From: a virus
Taxonomy: Duplodnaviria > Caudoviricetes
IMG/VR virus record: IMGVR_UViG_3300025867_000005
Reading direction: 5' to 3' (one strand)
Length of the DNA: 64,000 nt
The translations under genes and the position numbers were made by a program. Every line of letters starts with the position of its first letter. Within the stretch, counting starts at the first letter, position 1. The notes beneath the pieces are model-generated. The model was given only the letters and a program-made list of their open reading frames with translations, searched no databases and was not told the origin of the DNA. Shown here piece after piece: positions 10,320 through 20,986 of the stretch.

Positions 10320-10892
10320 ATGAAAATTGACAGATTTCCGACAGCAGAAGAAGGTTTTAAATTGACTCCGTGCGTTATCGCCGGTGTTGATTGTTTTCTC
10401 ATTGGACCCTTGGACATCAAAACAAAATTCAATGAGAGTAACAAGATTTTCCGTTCCAGCATTTGGACGGCTGACGGCTATCCCGTAAGTCTGGGTTTCC
10501 GCAAGTTTACGAATTACGGCGAAGCCCCTGCCTTCGAACCGTTTGATGTCAACAAAGATGACATGACATTCGTCACGAAGAAAGACGGAACATGTTGTGA
10601 TGGCAACACCAGAATTGAAACAGAAGATGGTATAAAAACCATTCAAGAAATCTGCGAAGGTCGGTATTTGGGTCGGGTTTTAGGATATGATCATTCCAAT
10701 AACCAGATTAAGTTTACGAAGGTTGTTGCACATTCCGTTAAGTCGAACAAAAACGACTGGTTCCTTTTAACCTTAGAGGATGGGACAGAAGTAAAACTAA
10801 CTGGCTCACACTTGGTTTGGCTTCCTGAGTTATCTTGTTATCGTCGGGTTGATCAGCTTAAAGGCGATGAAGAAATTCTGATGTCAAAATAG
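10320..10892 (+). CDS. Rnl1-like RNA ligase N-extein + split intein N half (IntN 10593-10889)
   Basis: SLGFRKFTNYGE and motif I KKDGT, then intein block A CCDGNTRIETEDG and block B LTGSHLVW; ends at stop. Confidence 0.88.
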   Translation: MKIDRFPTAEEGFKLTPCVIAGVDCFLIGPLDIKTKFNESNKIFRSSIWTADGYPVSLGFRKFTNYGEAPAFEPFDVNKDDMTFVTKKDGTCCDGNTRIETEDGIKTIQEICEGRYLGRVLGYDHSNNQIKFTKVVAHSVKSNKNDWFLLTLEDGTEVKLTGSHLVWLPELSCYRRVDQLKGDEEILMSK

Positions 10893-10942
10893 ACTTCATC
10901 TATTTTTGTTGATATTTCCCTTACATAAAGGAGGATATCAAC

Positions 10943-11845
10943 ATGTTAGAAAAAACTGTAATGAATGCGCTTGCTACTCATAATATCGCCAAAGAGGATT
11001 TGTTCAAGATGTATTGTGAGCAAGAAATGAGCTTAACTAAAATAAAGGAAGTCACTGGACTTCAATTCCATCAAACTCTGGGAATTCTAAGGTTCTTTGG
11101 AATCCGCACCAGAGGAATAAGTGAATCACAAAAAACGAAAACTTACCGTAAAGAATTCGAAGAAACCATTGAAAAAAGATTCGGTCAAGGAATCAAAAAC
11201 CCGTCACAAGCAGAATGTGTAAAAGAAAAGAAACGCCAAACTTTTCTTAAAAATTATGGGGTTGATAACATCTGGAAAAGTCCAAGCTTTAAGGAGTTCC
11301 TTGACGGAAGAATGTTGGAACTTTATGGACAGAAAAGAGTTTCTGAAAATTACGCAGAGATGGGAGAAGAAGAACAAAGAAAGGCCTCTGAACGAAGAAG
11401 TCTTTCGGCTCGGACTGCTTGGGAAAATAAAAGTGAGGAATCTAAATCTCAACAAATAAAAAGAATCCACAAAGGAGGGTCTTCGGAGATTGAAAAGGCT
11501 TTCGGGAAACATCTTGATTTTCTAGGGATTGAATATGAAACCTCTTTCTATCTCGGAGTGAATCAGTTTGATTATCGACTATCTGGGACTAACATTCTGA
11601 TCGAAATAAATGGAGACTTCTGGCATGGGAATCCATCCTTATATGTCAGCGGAGACGTTATCCGCTTCCCAGTAAAGAGCGTGTTGGTTGATAAGTTGTG
11701 GGAGAAAGATGAAAAGAAGCGGCAAAAAGCAATAGGAAAAGGGTTTGTTGTCATCACTTTTTGGGAAAGGTTCCTAAAAAAAGCAACAGAAGAAGAAATT
11801 AGGAAGAAGGTATATGATGAAATTAAAGTCCATTCAAAGGATTGA
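10943..11845 (+). CDS. free-standing Vsr/DUF559-like homing endonuclease between intein halves
   Basis: FDYRL..ILIEINGDFWHGNP..D.KK...A...G....FWE; KNYGVDN repeat; GGAGG RBS. Confidence 0.8.
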   Translation: MLEKTVMNALATHNIAKEDLFKMYCEQEMSLTKIKEVTGLQFHQTLGILRFFGIRTRGISESQKTKTYRKEFEETIEKRFGQGIKNPSQAECVKEKKRQTFLKNYGVDNIWKSPSFKEFLDGRMLELYGQKRVSENYAEMGEEEQRKASERRSLSARTAWENKSEESKSQQIKRIHKGGSSEIEKAFGKHLDFLGIEYETSFYLGVNQFDYRLSGTNILIEINGDFWHGNPSLYVSGDVIRFPVKSVLVDKLWEKDEKKRQKAIGKGFVVITFWERFLKKATEEEIRKKVYDEIKVHSKD

Positions 11846-12740
11846 AAACAATTCTAAGCGTTATGATATCCAAACTGAAACTGGGAATTTCTTTGCTAAT
11901 GGAATTTTAGTACACAACTGTTTGATTGTCAGCAAGTTCAACGGTCAGCTTATCGTCAGGACTCGCGGCACCATTGATGCCCGAGGGATGCCTAACGGCC
12001 AAGAAATTGACGAATTGATTGCCAAGTATCCAAAGGCTTTTGATAATGACTGGTTGGACAAAGGATTCAGCATTTGTTATGAGTGGACTACCCCTAGTAA
12101 CATCATTGTTCTGGCCGAATCCACAGAACCGGAACTTTGGCTTACGGGGATTATTGATCACAAAGATTATTCCTATGCCCCGCAGAAAATCCTTGATGCT
12201 GCCGTTACCTTCCTTGGTGGCGTCAAGCGTCCGAAGACGTATAAATTCAACAGCTTTGAAGAAATGGTTGCGGCGGTTGAAGCTTTCCGTGGCATTGAAG
12301 GAGTAGTCGTTTATGCCTGTAACGGTCAAATTTTGAAGAAGGTTAAGAGTGTCGCTTATTTGGCGTTGCACCGTATGAAAAGCCATCTTGGGAGCACTGA
12401 GAACGTTGTTGATTATTTTCTTGCCAACGGTTGCAAAACGTCCGAAGACCTGATTGCGAAAGTGACGGCTGACAGCGATTTCGAAATCGCGAAAGTCATC
12501 AGTCTTTCTGCTCCGATGGTTGCGGAAGCCTATCGCCGCACGGTGGAACAGCTAGATACGGCTTATTCGTTTGTTGAACAAAACGTCAAGGTTCTTGTAA
12601 ACCGTAAAGACATGGCGACGGCGATCCTTGGTCACAATAAGGAATTGTCGGGCTTTATGTTTCAAATGCTTGACGGGAAAATCAAACAGCCTTGGAATGA
12701 TGTTGTTTTGAAGAAAATCATGATGGCCTATGTTAAGTAG
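11814..12740 (+). CDS. split intein C half (35 aa) + RNA ligase C-extein
   Basis: YDIQTETGNFFANGILVHN/C splice junction; LIVSKFNG..RTRG, YEW, EGVV, KKVK ligase motifs. Confidence 0.88.
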   Translation: MMKLKSIQRIENNSKRYDIQTETGNFFANGILVHNCLIVSKFNGQLIVRTRGTIDARGMPNGQEIDELIAKYPKAFDNDWLDKGFSICYEWTTPSNIIVLAESTEPELWLTGIIDHKDYSYAPQKILDAAVTFLGGVKRPKTYKFNSFEEMVAAVEAFRGIEGVVVYACNGQILKKVKSVAYLALHRMKSHLGSTENVVDYFLANGCKTSEDLIAKVTADSDFEIAKVISLSAPMVAEAYRRTVEQLDTAYSFVEQNVKVLVNRKDMATAILGHNKELSGFMFQMLDGKIKQPWNDVVLKKIMMAYVK

Positions 12741-12780
12741 AATTTTTTGATATTCAATTACAAGGTAGGAGAACTAAACG

Positions 12781-13284
12781 ATGAATGATGGGTTTTGGAT
12801 TAATTACGCCAACGGTAAAACTGTACGGATTCACGAGCATGAGACGGATATCAGGAATCCCAGTGTCTTTAAGAAGTTAGGCTTCAATGTCAAAGAAATG
12901 GAAGCCTTCAAACCGTTTAAGCTTGGCGTGGATCGTGAAAAGTTCATGTTGTGGTTGATGCACAAATATCCACTTATGCGGGTACGCGGGCATGGTATTT
13001 CCACGACTTTTGAATTTGATTCCAGGTCACGTCAATCCCCTTTGGATGCTGTTTTTGAGTTTGCTGAAAACAACTTGGGTCAATTTTCCATGTTGACTAT
13101 CAACAACTTTGCAACCAAAGAATCTGTTGACATTTCTTTCGGTGCGTTTAAAGATTTGATGGACTCCGATGGGGCAGAAGGAGTTTTGCGTTACGGTTCG
13201 ACGATTAGAATAAATTCGAACGTTCTAAAAGAGCTTCGTAAAATCTCCCGTGTGCTAAAAACCACTGACATGTTGAAAAAGTAA
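12781..13284 (+). CDS. hypothetical protein
   Basis: AGGAG RBS. Confidence 0.7.
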   Translation: MNDGFWINYANGKTVRIHEHETDIRNPSVFKKLGFNVKEMEAFKPFKLGVDREKFMLWLMHKYPLMRVRGHGISTTFEFDSRSRQSPLDAVFEFAENNLGQFSMLTINNFATKESVDISFGAFKDLMDSDGAEGVLRYGSTIRINSNVLKELRKISRVLKTTDMLKK

Positions 13285-13424
13285 AGGATGGTGAAAAATG
13301 AATTGGATTTTAAAAATGCTTAAACGGTACAATGCTTGGCTGACGACCGACCCGATTATTTGGAAGGCAATGAAAACCGCCAAAAAGAACGGGAATAAAT
13401 GCAACTTAGTCGCAAGGTGGAAAA

Positions 13425-14423
13425 ATGGAATCTGATTATAGCTATGTTTATGATCCGGAACATAAGAAGAACCCAGGAAGCGGATTTTCTAAAACAGAAA
13501 AGGGCTGGTCTAAAACAGACTATCAAGAAGACATACAAAAGCCAGAAGTGCAGGATAAGTTTGTTTTTGAACACAATGCCGTCTTTAAGTTCGGTAGCAA
13601 ACTAAATGTAAATTTTCACGGAACGACGGAAGCATCAAAATCATTTCCTTCAAGATTTCGTGATGCTTTAAAAAGATTTATCGGTAAGAAAAACCAATAC
13701 AAAGAATTTCAGCAGAAGTATTCGGAATTACTTGATTCAGTCGTTGAAAAAACCAAAGGTTCTGAAAACCCTTTGGTTATTTACGGTTGGTCTGTCAGAA
13801 GCGGGCAGGATAATGGTCAATTTGATGTTGAAATGCTTGGTGTTGACCCCGTACATACAGCAATGATAGGCGAAGAAATCGCCAAAGAATTCGGAAGAGT
13901 AGAAATTGCAACTGATACCCCGACACAAGAAACGAAATCCATCATCATTGATAAAAATGGGAATGCTTCTTCTTTTCTTGGTTTACCGGCTGTACACCAG
14001 GGTAAAACAAGGTTTACGTTTTCCACGAATGTAACTGTAGACATTGATAATACGGAACCGAAAGATTTTATAGACGGACTTAAGAAGGCCTTTCGGAACA
14101 AACTCGTTTCTATTAGAAATGACGTGATGACAAGAAACAATGAAAAGAATTTCATCAAGAAGGTAAAGGCGGCGTTTGAAGAGTCTGGGGCAACGTTTAC
14201 TCCGCAACAAATATCCATATCTCCCGTTTTCGGAGGTTATCGCGATCAAAAAACACATGAAGTAGGAACGGAAATTTCATATGACATCCATTTTAAACAA
14301 ATAGATCCAGAACAAGCCGTTCTTATTTCGAAAGCATTGAATAAACAATTTCACCAACAATCCACTCTTCTAACAGGGTACGGAAATAACAAGAGAGCGG
14401 CATTTTATATTTCAGGAATCTGA
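13425..14423 (+). CDS. hypothetical protein (paralog of 44721-45581)
   Basis: YVYDPEHKKNPGSGFSKTEKGWS motif; HQQSTL. Confidence 0.75.
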   Translation: MESDYSYVYDPEHKKNPGSGFSKTEKGWSKTDYQEDIQKPEVQDKFVFEHNAVFKFGSKLNVNFHGTTEASKSFPSRFRDALKRFIGKKNQYKEFQQKYSELLDSVVEKTKGSENPLVIYGWSVRSGQDNGQFDVEMLGVDPVHTAMIGEEIAKEFGRVEIATDTPTQETKSIIIDKNGNASSFLGLPAVHQGKTRFTFSTNVTVDIDNTEPKDFIDGLKKAFRNKLVSIRNDVMTRNNEKNFIKKVKAAFEESGATFTPQQISISPVFGGYRDQKTHEVGTEISYDIHFKQIDPEQAVLISKALNKQFHQQSTLLTGYGNNKRAAFYISGI

Positions 14424-14530
14424 CAAATCTTTTTATGGAAGCCATTGACAAGCCCGAATGGTTTTGATATTGTATCTATATCGAAGCCACTTTAGGATTT
14501 ATTGAAGAGAATTGAAGAAAGGGTTTAGAC

Positions 14531-15097
14531 ATGAAAACTCAAAAGTTGAAACAGTTGGTTCAGGAATGTGGTAAGGTTACAGTCCGATTGACGGATGAAC
14601 TTTGGGATGAATCTTGTGGACAGAAAGGAATGCTTGCGGATGTCATCCAATATATTGATGAGGATGATGGTTGCAGATTCGTTTTCGATTACCAACGCTA
14701 TTTGGCGAATGATCTTCCGCTGCAAACTCGAAACTACTACATCGATACCGGTCTCGGAACGGCATTCGAAGCGGGTCTGATGTCGATGAATCGGGTTCAG
14801 GAAGATATCTATGCGGAGAAAGAGGGAGAAATCTCTTGTGAAATCGTGGATGAACTTCTTAACAAATATCTTTCAAGCGGTAGCCAGCTTTCTTATGTGG
14901 AATGGATGGAAGCCCGCCTGAAGGCTACAACTTCGGAAGACTTAGCCGTTGCGGAAATCAAAGCGTTGGACGGCATGAAGATTGATGAAGTTCACCAAAA
15001 GGCAGATGAAGTCCTTTTGAAGGTTCTGAAATCCGCTGGTTTTTCTAAGCTTGTCGCCGCATATCGCGAAGCAAGTGTTGATTTCTATTACATCTAA
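14531..15097 (+). CDS. hypothetical protein
   Basis: promoter plus RBS. Confidence 0.7.
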   Translation: MKTQKLKQLVQECGKVTVRLTDELWDESCGQKGMLADVIQYIDEDDGCRFVFDYQRYLANDLPLQTRNYYIDTGLGTAFEAGLMSMNRVQEDIYAEKEGEISCEIVDELLNKYLSSGSQLSYVEWMEARLKATTSEDLAVAEIKALDGMKIDEVHQKADEVLLKVLKSAGFSKLVAAYREASVDFYYI

Positions 15098-15139
15098 TGA
15101 AGAAATATGTCGAATTCTAGGAATCGAAGGGATTAGATT

Positions 15140-15370
15140 ATGGTAAGCAGTGGAATGAAAAATCCGATTTATATTGAATACTATTCCCATTCGGGAGAAG
15201 GTTTCTATAAGATCGATATTCCTTGGAGTCGGTTTCATAAATATACGGTGGTTCTTTGTCCCGTAAATGAAGGAATTGAAAAAGCAAAGCTGGTCGCTGA
15301 AAAGGCGATTAAAGAGGCGCTGGCTTTAGCACTTGAAAACCCAATTGAGAAGGAGCAAAACGATGAATGA
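15140..15370 (+). CDS. hypothetical protein
   Basis: ORF in operon. Confidence 0.55.
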   Translation: MVSSGMKNPIYIEYYSHSGEGFYKIDIPWSRFHKYTVVLCPVNEGIEKAKLVAEKAIKEALALALENPIEKEQNDE

Positions 15371-15884
15371 ACGTGTGTATGATGGATACTTGAAGGTTGA
15401 TCGTGTTGATGTTGATTTGGGAGACGGCAAACTTGTCAAGCGGGAAGTGGTCAGGGTCAGGGATGCCGTTGCGGTTCTCTGTTACTGTCCTGGAACTGAC
15501 AAATTCTTGTTCACTAAGCAATTCCGTATTGGGGCCAATGCAGAAACTTTTGAGGTCCCTGCCGGTTGCATTGACAAGGGCGAAAATCCAGTCGATGCCG
15601 CTATTCGTGAAACGAAAGAAGAGACAGGCCGTGAAGTCTTGTACATCCGTAAAGCCGGGGAATTTTTCCTGAGTCCGGGATATACGACAGAGAAGATGTA
15701 TCTGTATATCGCCTGTGTGGGAGAAGACAATCTCGGTCAGCATCTTGATGGTGATGAATTCCTTACGATTGTTGAAATGAGCCCTCGTGATCTGGTCAAG
15801 TATACATTTAAAGACATCAAGACGCAATACCTTGTCAATAGTTTTGCTTTAAAACAGACACCTTTGATCTCTGAAGAAAATTGA
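15363..15884 (+). CDS. Nudix hydrolase (ADP-ribose pyrophosphatase-like)
   Basis: EVPAG..DKGE..AAIRETKEETG Nudix box; KQFR; SPG. Confidence 0.9.
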   Translation: MNERVYDGYLKVDRVDVDLGDGKLVKREVVRVRDAVAVLCYCPGTDKFLFTKQFRIGANAETFEVPAGCIDKGENPVDAAIRETKEETGREVLYIRKAGEFFLSPGYTTEKMYLYIACVGEDNLGQHLDGDEFLTIVEMSPRDLVKYTFKDIKTQYLVNSFALKQTPLISEEN

Positions 15885-15977
15885 TTTCACCCTATTGACA
15901 TCATAGGCTCGTTGTGGTATATTGTCTTCATTCAAGAGACCCAAGGGGGTCTTTTAAAGAAATCAGAGGAGACAGAT

Positions 15978-16151
15978 ATGAACCCAAACCGAGAGAATGA
16001 GAAGAAAGTGATGCGGCAAGAAATCATGAATGTCATTCGTGCCAATGGCGTTCCTATCACTGGTGATTTGTGGTTTTCTTTGATCTTCCGTACACATTCA
16101 GAACTCAAAAAGATTTGTAATGAACTTCACATCGTCACGAAAGGTATCTGA
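15978..16151 (+). CDS. hypothetical protein
   Basis: GAGGAG RBS after promoter. Confidence 0.6.
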   Translation: MNPNRENEKKVMRQEIMNVIRANGVPITGDLWFSLIFRTHSELKKICNELHIVTKGI

Positions 16152-16153
16152 AA

Positions 16154-16600
16154 ATGATGACAAAGCCCGTTGTTAAGAATGCCAAGCAGACCGACGTTAT
16201 TGAAGTCCTCCCTATCCTTAAGAAGTTCATGAGCCCCGGCCAGCTCTGTGCCGTCGCTGATATGACTCGCGGGGAAGAGGGTCAGTTTTTCCGCAACAAG
16301 ATGGTTGAGATGGCGGAAATCTTCAAGATGATGCCCAAGACCTACGAAACTGATGGTGAGGGGAAAAACGCGGTTGCCTACCTCCACTTCTTCAAGAATG
16401 ATTGTGATTGGTACATTACCGAGAAGGATGTTGACAGCGACAATGAAGGTCAGATTCAGGCCTTCGGTTTGGCAAAGATTTGGGAAGCCGAACTTGGCTA
16501 TATCAACATCAAGGAACTTCAGGCTTGCGGTGTTGAAGTTGACCTGTATTGGACGCCCAAGACCATCGGCGAAATCCGTAAGGAAATCGAAAACAATTAA
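16154..16600 (+). CDS. DUF2958-like protein
   Basis: DWYITE..AFGL...EAELGYI...EL..VEVDLYWTP. Confidence 0.75.
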   Translation: MMTKPVVKNAKQTDVIEVLPILKKFMSPGQLCAVADMTRGEEGQFFRNKMVEMAEIFKMMPKTYETDGEGKNAVAYLHFFKNDCDWYITEKDVDSDNEGQIQAFGLAKIWEAELGYINIKELQACGVEVDLYWTPKTIGEIRKEIENN

Positions 16601-16618
16601 AGACAGAAAGGTTGTTTT

Positions 16619-16816
16619 ATGAAATACCTTCGGCCTAAGACTCGCGGAGAATTGCGGGATGCCCTTAAGAAAGGCATTCCTTGTGAAATCATTGCTAGTA
16701 ATCAGGAGATCACCGATATCTGCTTGAAATGGTGGCTGAATTTCAGTGATTATACAGTAGTGGAATCTGAAAATAAAGGATGGTGCCTTTACGTCCCGAA
16801 AGACATGGATCAATAA
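16619..16816 (+). CDS. hypothetical protein
   Basis: ORF in operon. Confidence 0.55.
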   Translation: MKYLRPKTRGELRDALKKGIPCEIIASNQEITDICLKWWLNFSDYTVVESENKGWCLYVPKDMDQ

Positions 16817-16817
16817 A

Positions 16818-17123
16818 ATGGCTAGGACTATCGTAAAACTAAGAGACTACTACTTCGAATATTCTTCCGTTGTTGATGCTCCCGTAACTTGGGGTATGAA
16901 AAAGAAGGACTTCGAAGCCTACTATAGAGAAGAATACGGAAGGTCTTCTCTTGAAGATTTTCAAGACAGGATGAAAAGGGTTGATAAAAACGGAACATCT
17001 TCAGTGTCGGGTTCTTCTGTCGAAGAAGTTTTGGATGGGAATTGCGCGGGTCCAAACGGGAAAGAATTGACGGTAGAGGAAATTTACAAATTCTATTGCC
17101 TTCATGAACCTTTTTCTAAATGA
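16818..17123 (+). CDS. hypothetical protein
   Basis: ORF in operon. Confidence 0.65.
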   Translation: MARTIVKLRDYYFEYSSVVDAPVTWGMKKKDFEAYYREEYGRSSLEDFQDRMKRVDKNGTSSVSGSSVEEVLDGNCAGPNGKELTVEEIYKFYCLHEPFSK

Positions 17124-17306
17124 AAGGGTGAAAATGACAACTTGGGAAAAATTTAAGTAGTCATTTGAAAAATGTTGGATGGCATTTAGGGACAGGCAAG
17201 ATGAATGCAGGACCTACAAGATTATTGTAGAAAACCGTTAGACTCTATTGACATTCCTGAAATGATATGGTATCTTGCTGTTATCAATTGAAAGGAACAG
17301 AAGACA

Positions 17307-18014
17307 ATGGCTAAACGTTTTTGGACAGCAGACCCTCATTATGGAAATCCGAACATTTCCCTGTATTGCGGTAGACCTTGGGTAAAACCCTGTCATCTCA
17401 ATGCGCAGGGTCAATGGATCAGTCCTGAAGCCGCTCTTGAAGTCGCGGAAGCCAATAACCGCATTCTGTTGAAGAATCACAACAGCCGAGTAAAACAAGA
17501 AGACACGACCATCTGTGTCGGGGACTATGCCTGTAAGGGGAATGAAAAGGGTGTCGCCGGTTTCAGAGACAAACCCGCCGATCTCATTTCTAAGCAGAAT
17601 GGAACCTATATTATCATCGAAGGAAACCATGACTTTTGCAATGGCGTTAAAACCGTTGCGGAATTTATGACGGTTTCCATCGGAAGGTATCATGCAGGGG
17701 TTCAGCATATTCCTCTTCTTGACGAGAAAGTCTATAACGATTATATGGCATTGTCTCCGGAAGCAAAGGCGAAATCCGGATTCAAGAACACCATGAGCCA
17801 GTCTATGCGTGATTTTTGTTTCAGGCATGCCAAGTATTGTCGAGAGAATCTTGACTTCATCATTTGCGGACATGTGCATAACAAATGGCGGGTTAAGAAA
17901 ATCGCGGGTATCTGGCATATCAATGTCGGTGTGGATGTCTGCCGCTATATGCCGATTGATGATCAGGAAGTCTTGACCATCTACGAGAAGACGATTCGTG
18001 AATATGGGAAATAA
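17307..18014 (+). CDS. calcineurin-like metallophosphoesterase
   Basis: ADPH, GD, GNHD, H, GHVH, NVGVD motifs. Confidence 0.88.
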   Translation: MAKRFWTADPHYGNPNISLYCGRPWVKPCHLNAQGQWISPEAALEVAEANNRILLKNHNSRVKQEDTTICVGDYACKGNEKGVAGFRDKPADLISKQNGTYIIIEGNHDFCNGVKTVAEFMTVSIGRYHAGVQHIPLLDEKVYNDYMALSPEAKAKSGFKNTMSQSMRDFCFRHAKYCRENLDFIICGHVHNKWRVKKIAGIWHINVGVDVCRYMPIDDQEVLTIYEKTIREYGK

Positions 18015-18097
18015 AGAGAAGGTGTCAGGGAGACTTGACACCTTTTCTTTTTTATGGTATCTTGTGTTTATCAAATCGATACGAAAGGGCTTAAACC

Positions 18098-18370
18098 ATG
18101 AATAACATGACTGAAATCGTTGGAATCTGCGTTCCTGAAATCACTGTTTTTAAAGATGGTGATGAAATCATTATCCTTCACAAGAATCAGGATTCTCTCT
18201 TGAAGTTCACTCTTCCTCCGGATTTTAACCCTATGGCTTCTGAAATCAGCGCGGCGGTAAACCGTGCGTGTTCTGGTTTGGATTGGGACAAGAATTTCGA
18301 TGAAGTGTTTAACCATCGTGCGTATCGGGATGCCGTTATGAACATCCCTTCTTATTTGATTGGAGAATAA
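18098..18370 (+). CDS. hypothetical protein
   Basis: promoter plus ORF. Confidence 0.6.
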   Translation: MNNMTEIVGICVPEITVFKDGDEIIILHKNQDSLLKFTLPPDFNPMASEISAAVNRACSGLDWDKNFDEVFNHRAYRDAVMNIPSYLIGE

Positions 18371-19365
18371 TGAACAAATTCCTAACCGGCAAGATCCCGG
18401 AAGATATCACGGTCTATCTGAAACCCGCTGAAAAAGTTTCACAGGCTGTCAGTGATGAAGATATTCTTAAAGTCGATGCAGTTCCAGGTTTCGTTTTTGA
18501 AACGGGAAATAAAAAGACAGAAGAGACTGCAAAGTCTTGGGCTTTTGGATATTGTAACGATGATTTTAACAAGGAAAGTTTCGCAAACAGAATTGTTGTA
18601 AAGAAGAATGTCCCTGTCAGTGGCTATCACCTTATCGGTTTGGAAATCCGAAGTGAAGGCGGTAGGGCTTGGAAGGTCTTAGATAGTAACGGGCATCTTT
18701 TCGATCTTCGTGAAGATGTTTTGTTGGACATCCTTCAATACGCAGGTGTTGAAAACGGCATCATTAAGGCGGATCTAATCTGGGCTGTTGTCGGGTCACA
18801 GATGAAACTTATCAGGGTAGGATCTGAATTGCACAAGAGAATCCTTGCCTACACTGTAGAAAAGGGGAAACAAAGCATTAAAGATCTTGTCATCGGGCAC
18901 GTTTATTCAACGCCTAAAGGTCAAGACAATTATGTCTTTATTGGGAGATACGATGCTGTTGCCTTTTCTAAAGAAAAGGCGATCAAATATCACAAAGGTT
19001 TCGTCTTCTACAAAATCAAAGAATACAGCTATGATGGTTTTTCATACCAAAAAGAAATTGATGAATGTAACTACTTTAAAGTTGTTATTCTGAAGACATA
19101 CAATCTCGTCAAAGATGTCGGAACGGTTATTGTCCCTGACAACTTCTTAGATAGAGTCCGTAAAAACTATTTGGATCGAGATTCTTTAAAAGATTATCCG
19201 AGATTGCAATTCTTAGGATATGAAAATTACAAGAAACCTAATTATTGGATTTCAGATTCTTCCTTCCTGTTCAATATGGAAGGTTTCACAGACAAACCGA
19301 TTGAAGACATTGATGAATGGAACAGGGATTGGTATTCTATCTTGACTTCGCAAAAGAAAGGCTGA
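18370..19365 (+). CDS. hypothetical protein
   Basis: long ORF, TAATG coupling. Confidence 0.75.
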   Translation: MNKFLTGKIPEDITVYLKPAEKVSQAVSDEDILKVDAVPGFVFETGNKKTEETAKSWAFGYCNDDFNKESFANRIVVKKNVPVSGYHLIGLEIRSEGGRAWKVLDSNGHLFDLREDVLLDILQYAGVENGIIKADLIWAVVGSQMKLIRVGSELHKRILAYTVEKGKQSIKDLVIGHVYSTPKGQDNYVFIGRYDAVAFSKEKAIKYHKGFVFYKIKEYSYDGFSYQKEIDECNYFKVVILKTYNLVKDVGTVIVPDNFLDRVRKNYLDRDSLKDYPRLQFLGYENYKKPNYWISDSSFLFNMEGFTDKPIEDIDEWNRDWYSILTSQKKG

Positions 19366-19368
19366 AAA

Positions 19369-20982
19369 ATGAATTTGCTTAAACAGGTCAAAGACAACGA
19401 TCAGGATTTCGAGTGGTATCCGACTACTAATGAAATGATTTCTGTCGTTTCTAAAAAACTCAATGAACTTTATGAATTTAATATGTTTTCCTGCCTTGAT
19501 GTCGGTGCAGGTGACGGACGTGTCTTGACCAAAATCAATGAACATTTTATTGAAGGTTACGAAGAGTATGAACGTAGATTTCACGGTATCAGCCAGAAAT
19601 TCGCTATCGAAAAGTCGCAGATCCTGTTGCAAAATCTTCCTGAAGACGTGATTGTTTTGGGAACCGAATTCAACAATCAAACCCTGATTGATAAAAATGT
19701 TGATGTCATCTTTTCCAATCCGCCTTATAGTGAGTATGAAGCATGGGCAAGCCGCATCATTCTTGAATCCAATTGTAAACACATTTTTCTTGTCATCCCT
19801 CAAAGGTGGAAAGACAGCCAAAGAGTCAAGACGGCGCTTGAAAAGCGGAAGTCAGAAGCTGAAGTTCTTTTCAGCGGGGATTTTCAAAATGCTGAACGGC
19901 AGGCAAGGGCTAAGATTGATGTCCTTTATATCGACTTGCAGGGCCGTAGTGGAAAAGAAAGTGTTGACCCGTTTGACATTTGGTTTAATGATAATTTCAA
20001 GTTCTCTGCCCCCGAAGTCACCCCTGAAGTTGCCACCGAAGTTAAAAAAGATGAATTGGTAGGTGGCAGGAATCAGATTGAAGTCATGGTTGAACTCTAT
20101 TTGAACGGGTTGTCGAAGCTGATTGATAATTATCAAAATGTCAGTAAGATCGATCCTGAAATCCTACGGGAAATCGGAGTTAATATCGCCAACGTAAAAA
20201 CCGCATTGAAGGAGAAGGTTCGCGGACTTAAAAAACTATACTGGGAAGAACTCTTTGCAAGACTGGAAACCGTTACCAAGCGTCTGACTTCAAAGACCAG
20301 GTATGAAATGCTTCAAAAGATGAACCAATATACAGGGATTGATTTTACAACTGAAAACGTCTATGCAATCGTAATGTGGGCTTTGAAAAATGCCAACAAG
20401 TATATTGATTCTCAGCTCCTTGATGTCTACAAAGACATGACGCGGGAAGAAAATGCCCAAGCATATAAGAGTAATGTACACATGACAAAAGATACTTGGC
20501 GGTATTGCCGTTCCGGTGATGAAAGTGTTTCGCATTACAGCCTTGATTATCGTATTGTTCTTTGTCATTGGAGCGCCTTGGAAAGCTATAGCCGTCAGCG
20601 GCATCTTTCCACGCGTACAGCCGGTATGATTAACGACATCTTCACGATCGCCAACAATCTCGGGTTTGATGTCATTAATGACAGTTATGAGCGGGATTGG
20701 GAATATGGTCAGCTTGAAACCTTCTACTTCAAAACTGAGAAGAAGGGAACTGATTTTAAGGAAGAAATCTTCTGTACATTCAGAATTTACAAAAACGGGA
20801 ACATTCATATCAAGTTCAATCAGAAATTCATGAAAGCGATGAATATCGAAGCCGGTAGGCTTTTGGGATGGCTTAAATCTTCTAAACAGGCAAGCGAAGA
20901 AATGGGGATTGAAGAAGAAGAAGCCGAATCCCTGTTCCTGACGAATATCCAAATCAAAACAATCCCCTTACTTACGGCGTGA
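19369..20982 (+). CDS. amino-methyltransferase with DUF4942-like C-terminus
   Basis: EWYPT, LDVGAGDG, NPPY; C-terminal YKNGNIHIKFN. Confidence 0.85.
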   Translation: MNLLKQVKDNDQDFEWYPTTNEMISVVSKKLNELYEFNMFSCLDVGAGDGRVLTKINEHFIEGYEEYERRFHGISQKFAIEKSQILLQNLPEDVIVLGTEFNNQTLIDKNVDVIFSNPPYSEYEAWASRIILESNCKHIFLVIPQRWKDSQRVKTALEKRKSEAEVLFSGDFQNAERQARAKIDVLYIDLQGRSGKESVDPFDIWFNDNFKFSAPEVTPEVATEVKKDELVGGRNQIEVMVELYLNGLSKLIDNYQNVSKIDPEILREIGVNIANVKTALKEKVRGLKKLYWEELFARLETVTKRLTSKTRYEMLQKMNQYTGIDFTTENVYAIVMWALKNANKYIDSQLLDVYKDMTREENAQAYKSNVHMTKDTWRYCRSGDESVSHYSLDYRIVLCHWSALESYSRQRHLSTRTAGMINDIFTIANNLGFDVINDSYERDWEYGQLETFYFKTEKKGTDFKEEIFCTFRIYKNGNIHIKFNQKFMKAMNIEAGRLLGWLKSSKQASEEMGIEEEEAESLFLTNIQIKTIPLLTA

Positions 20983-20986
20983 AATC

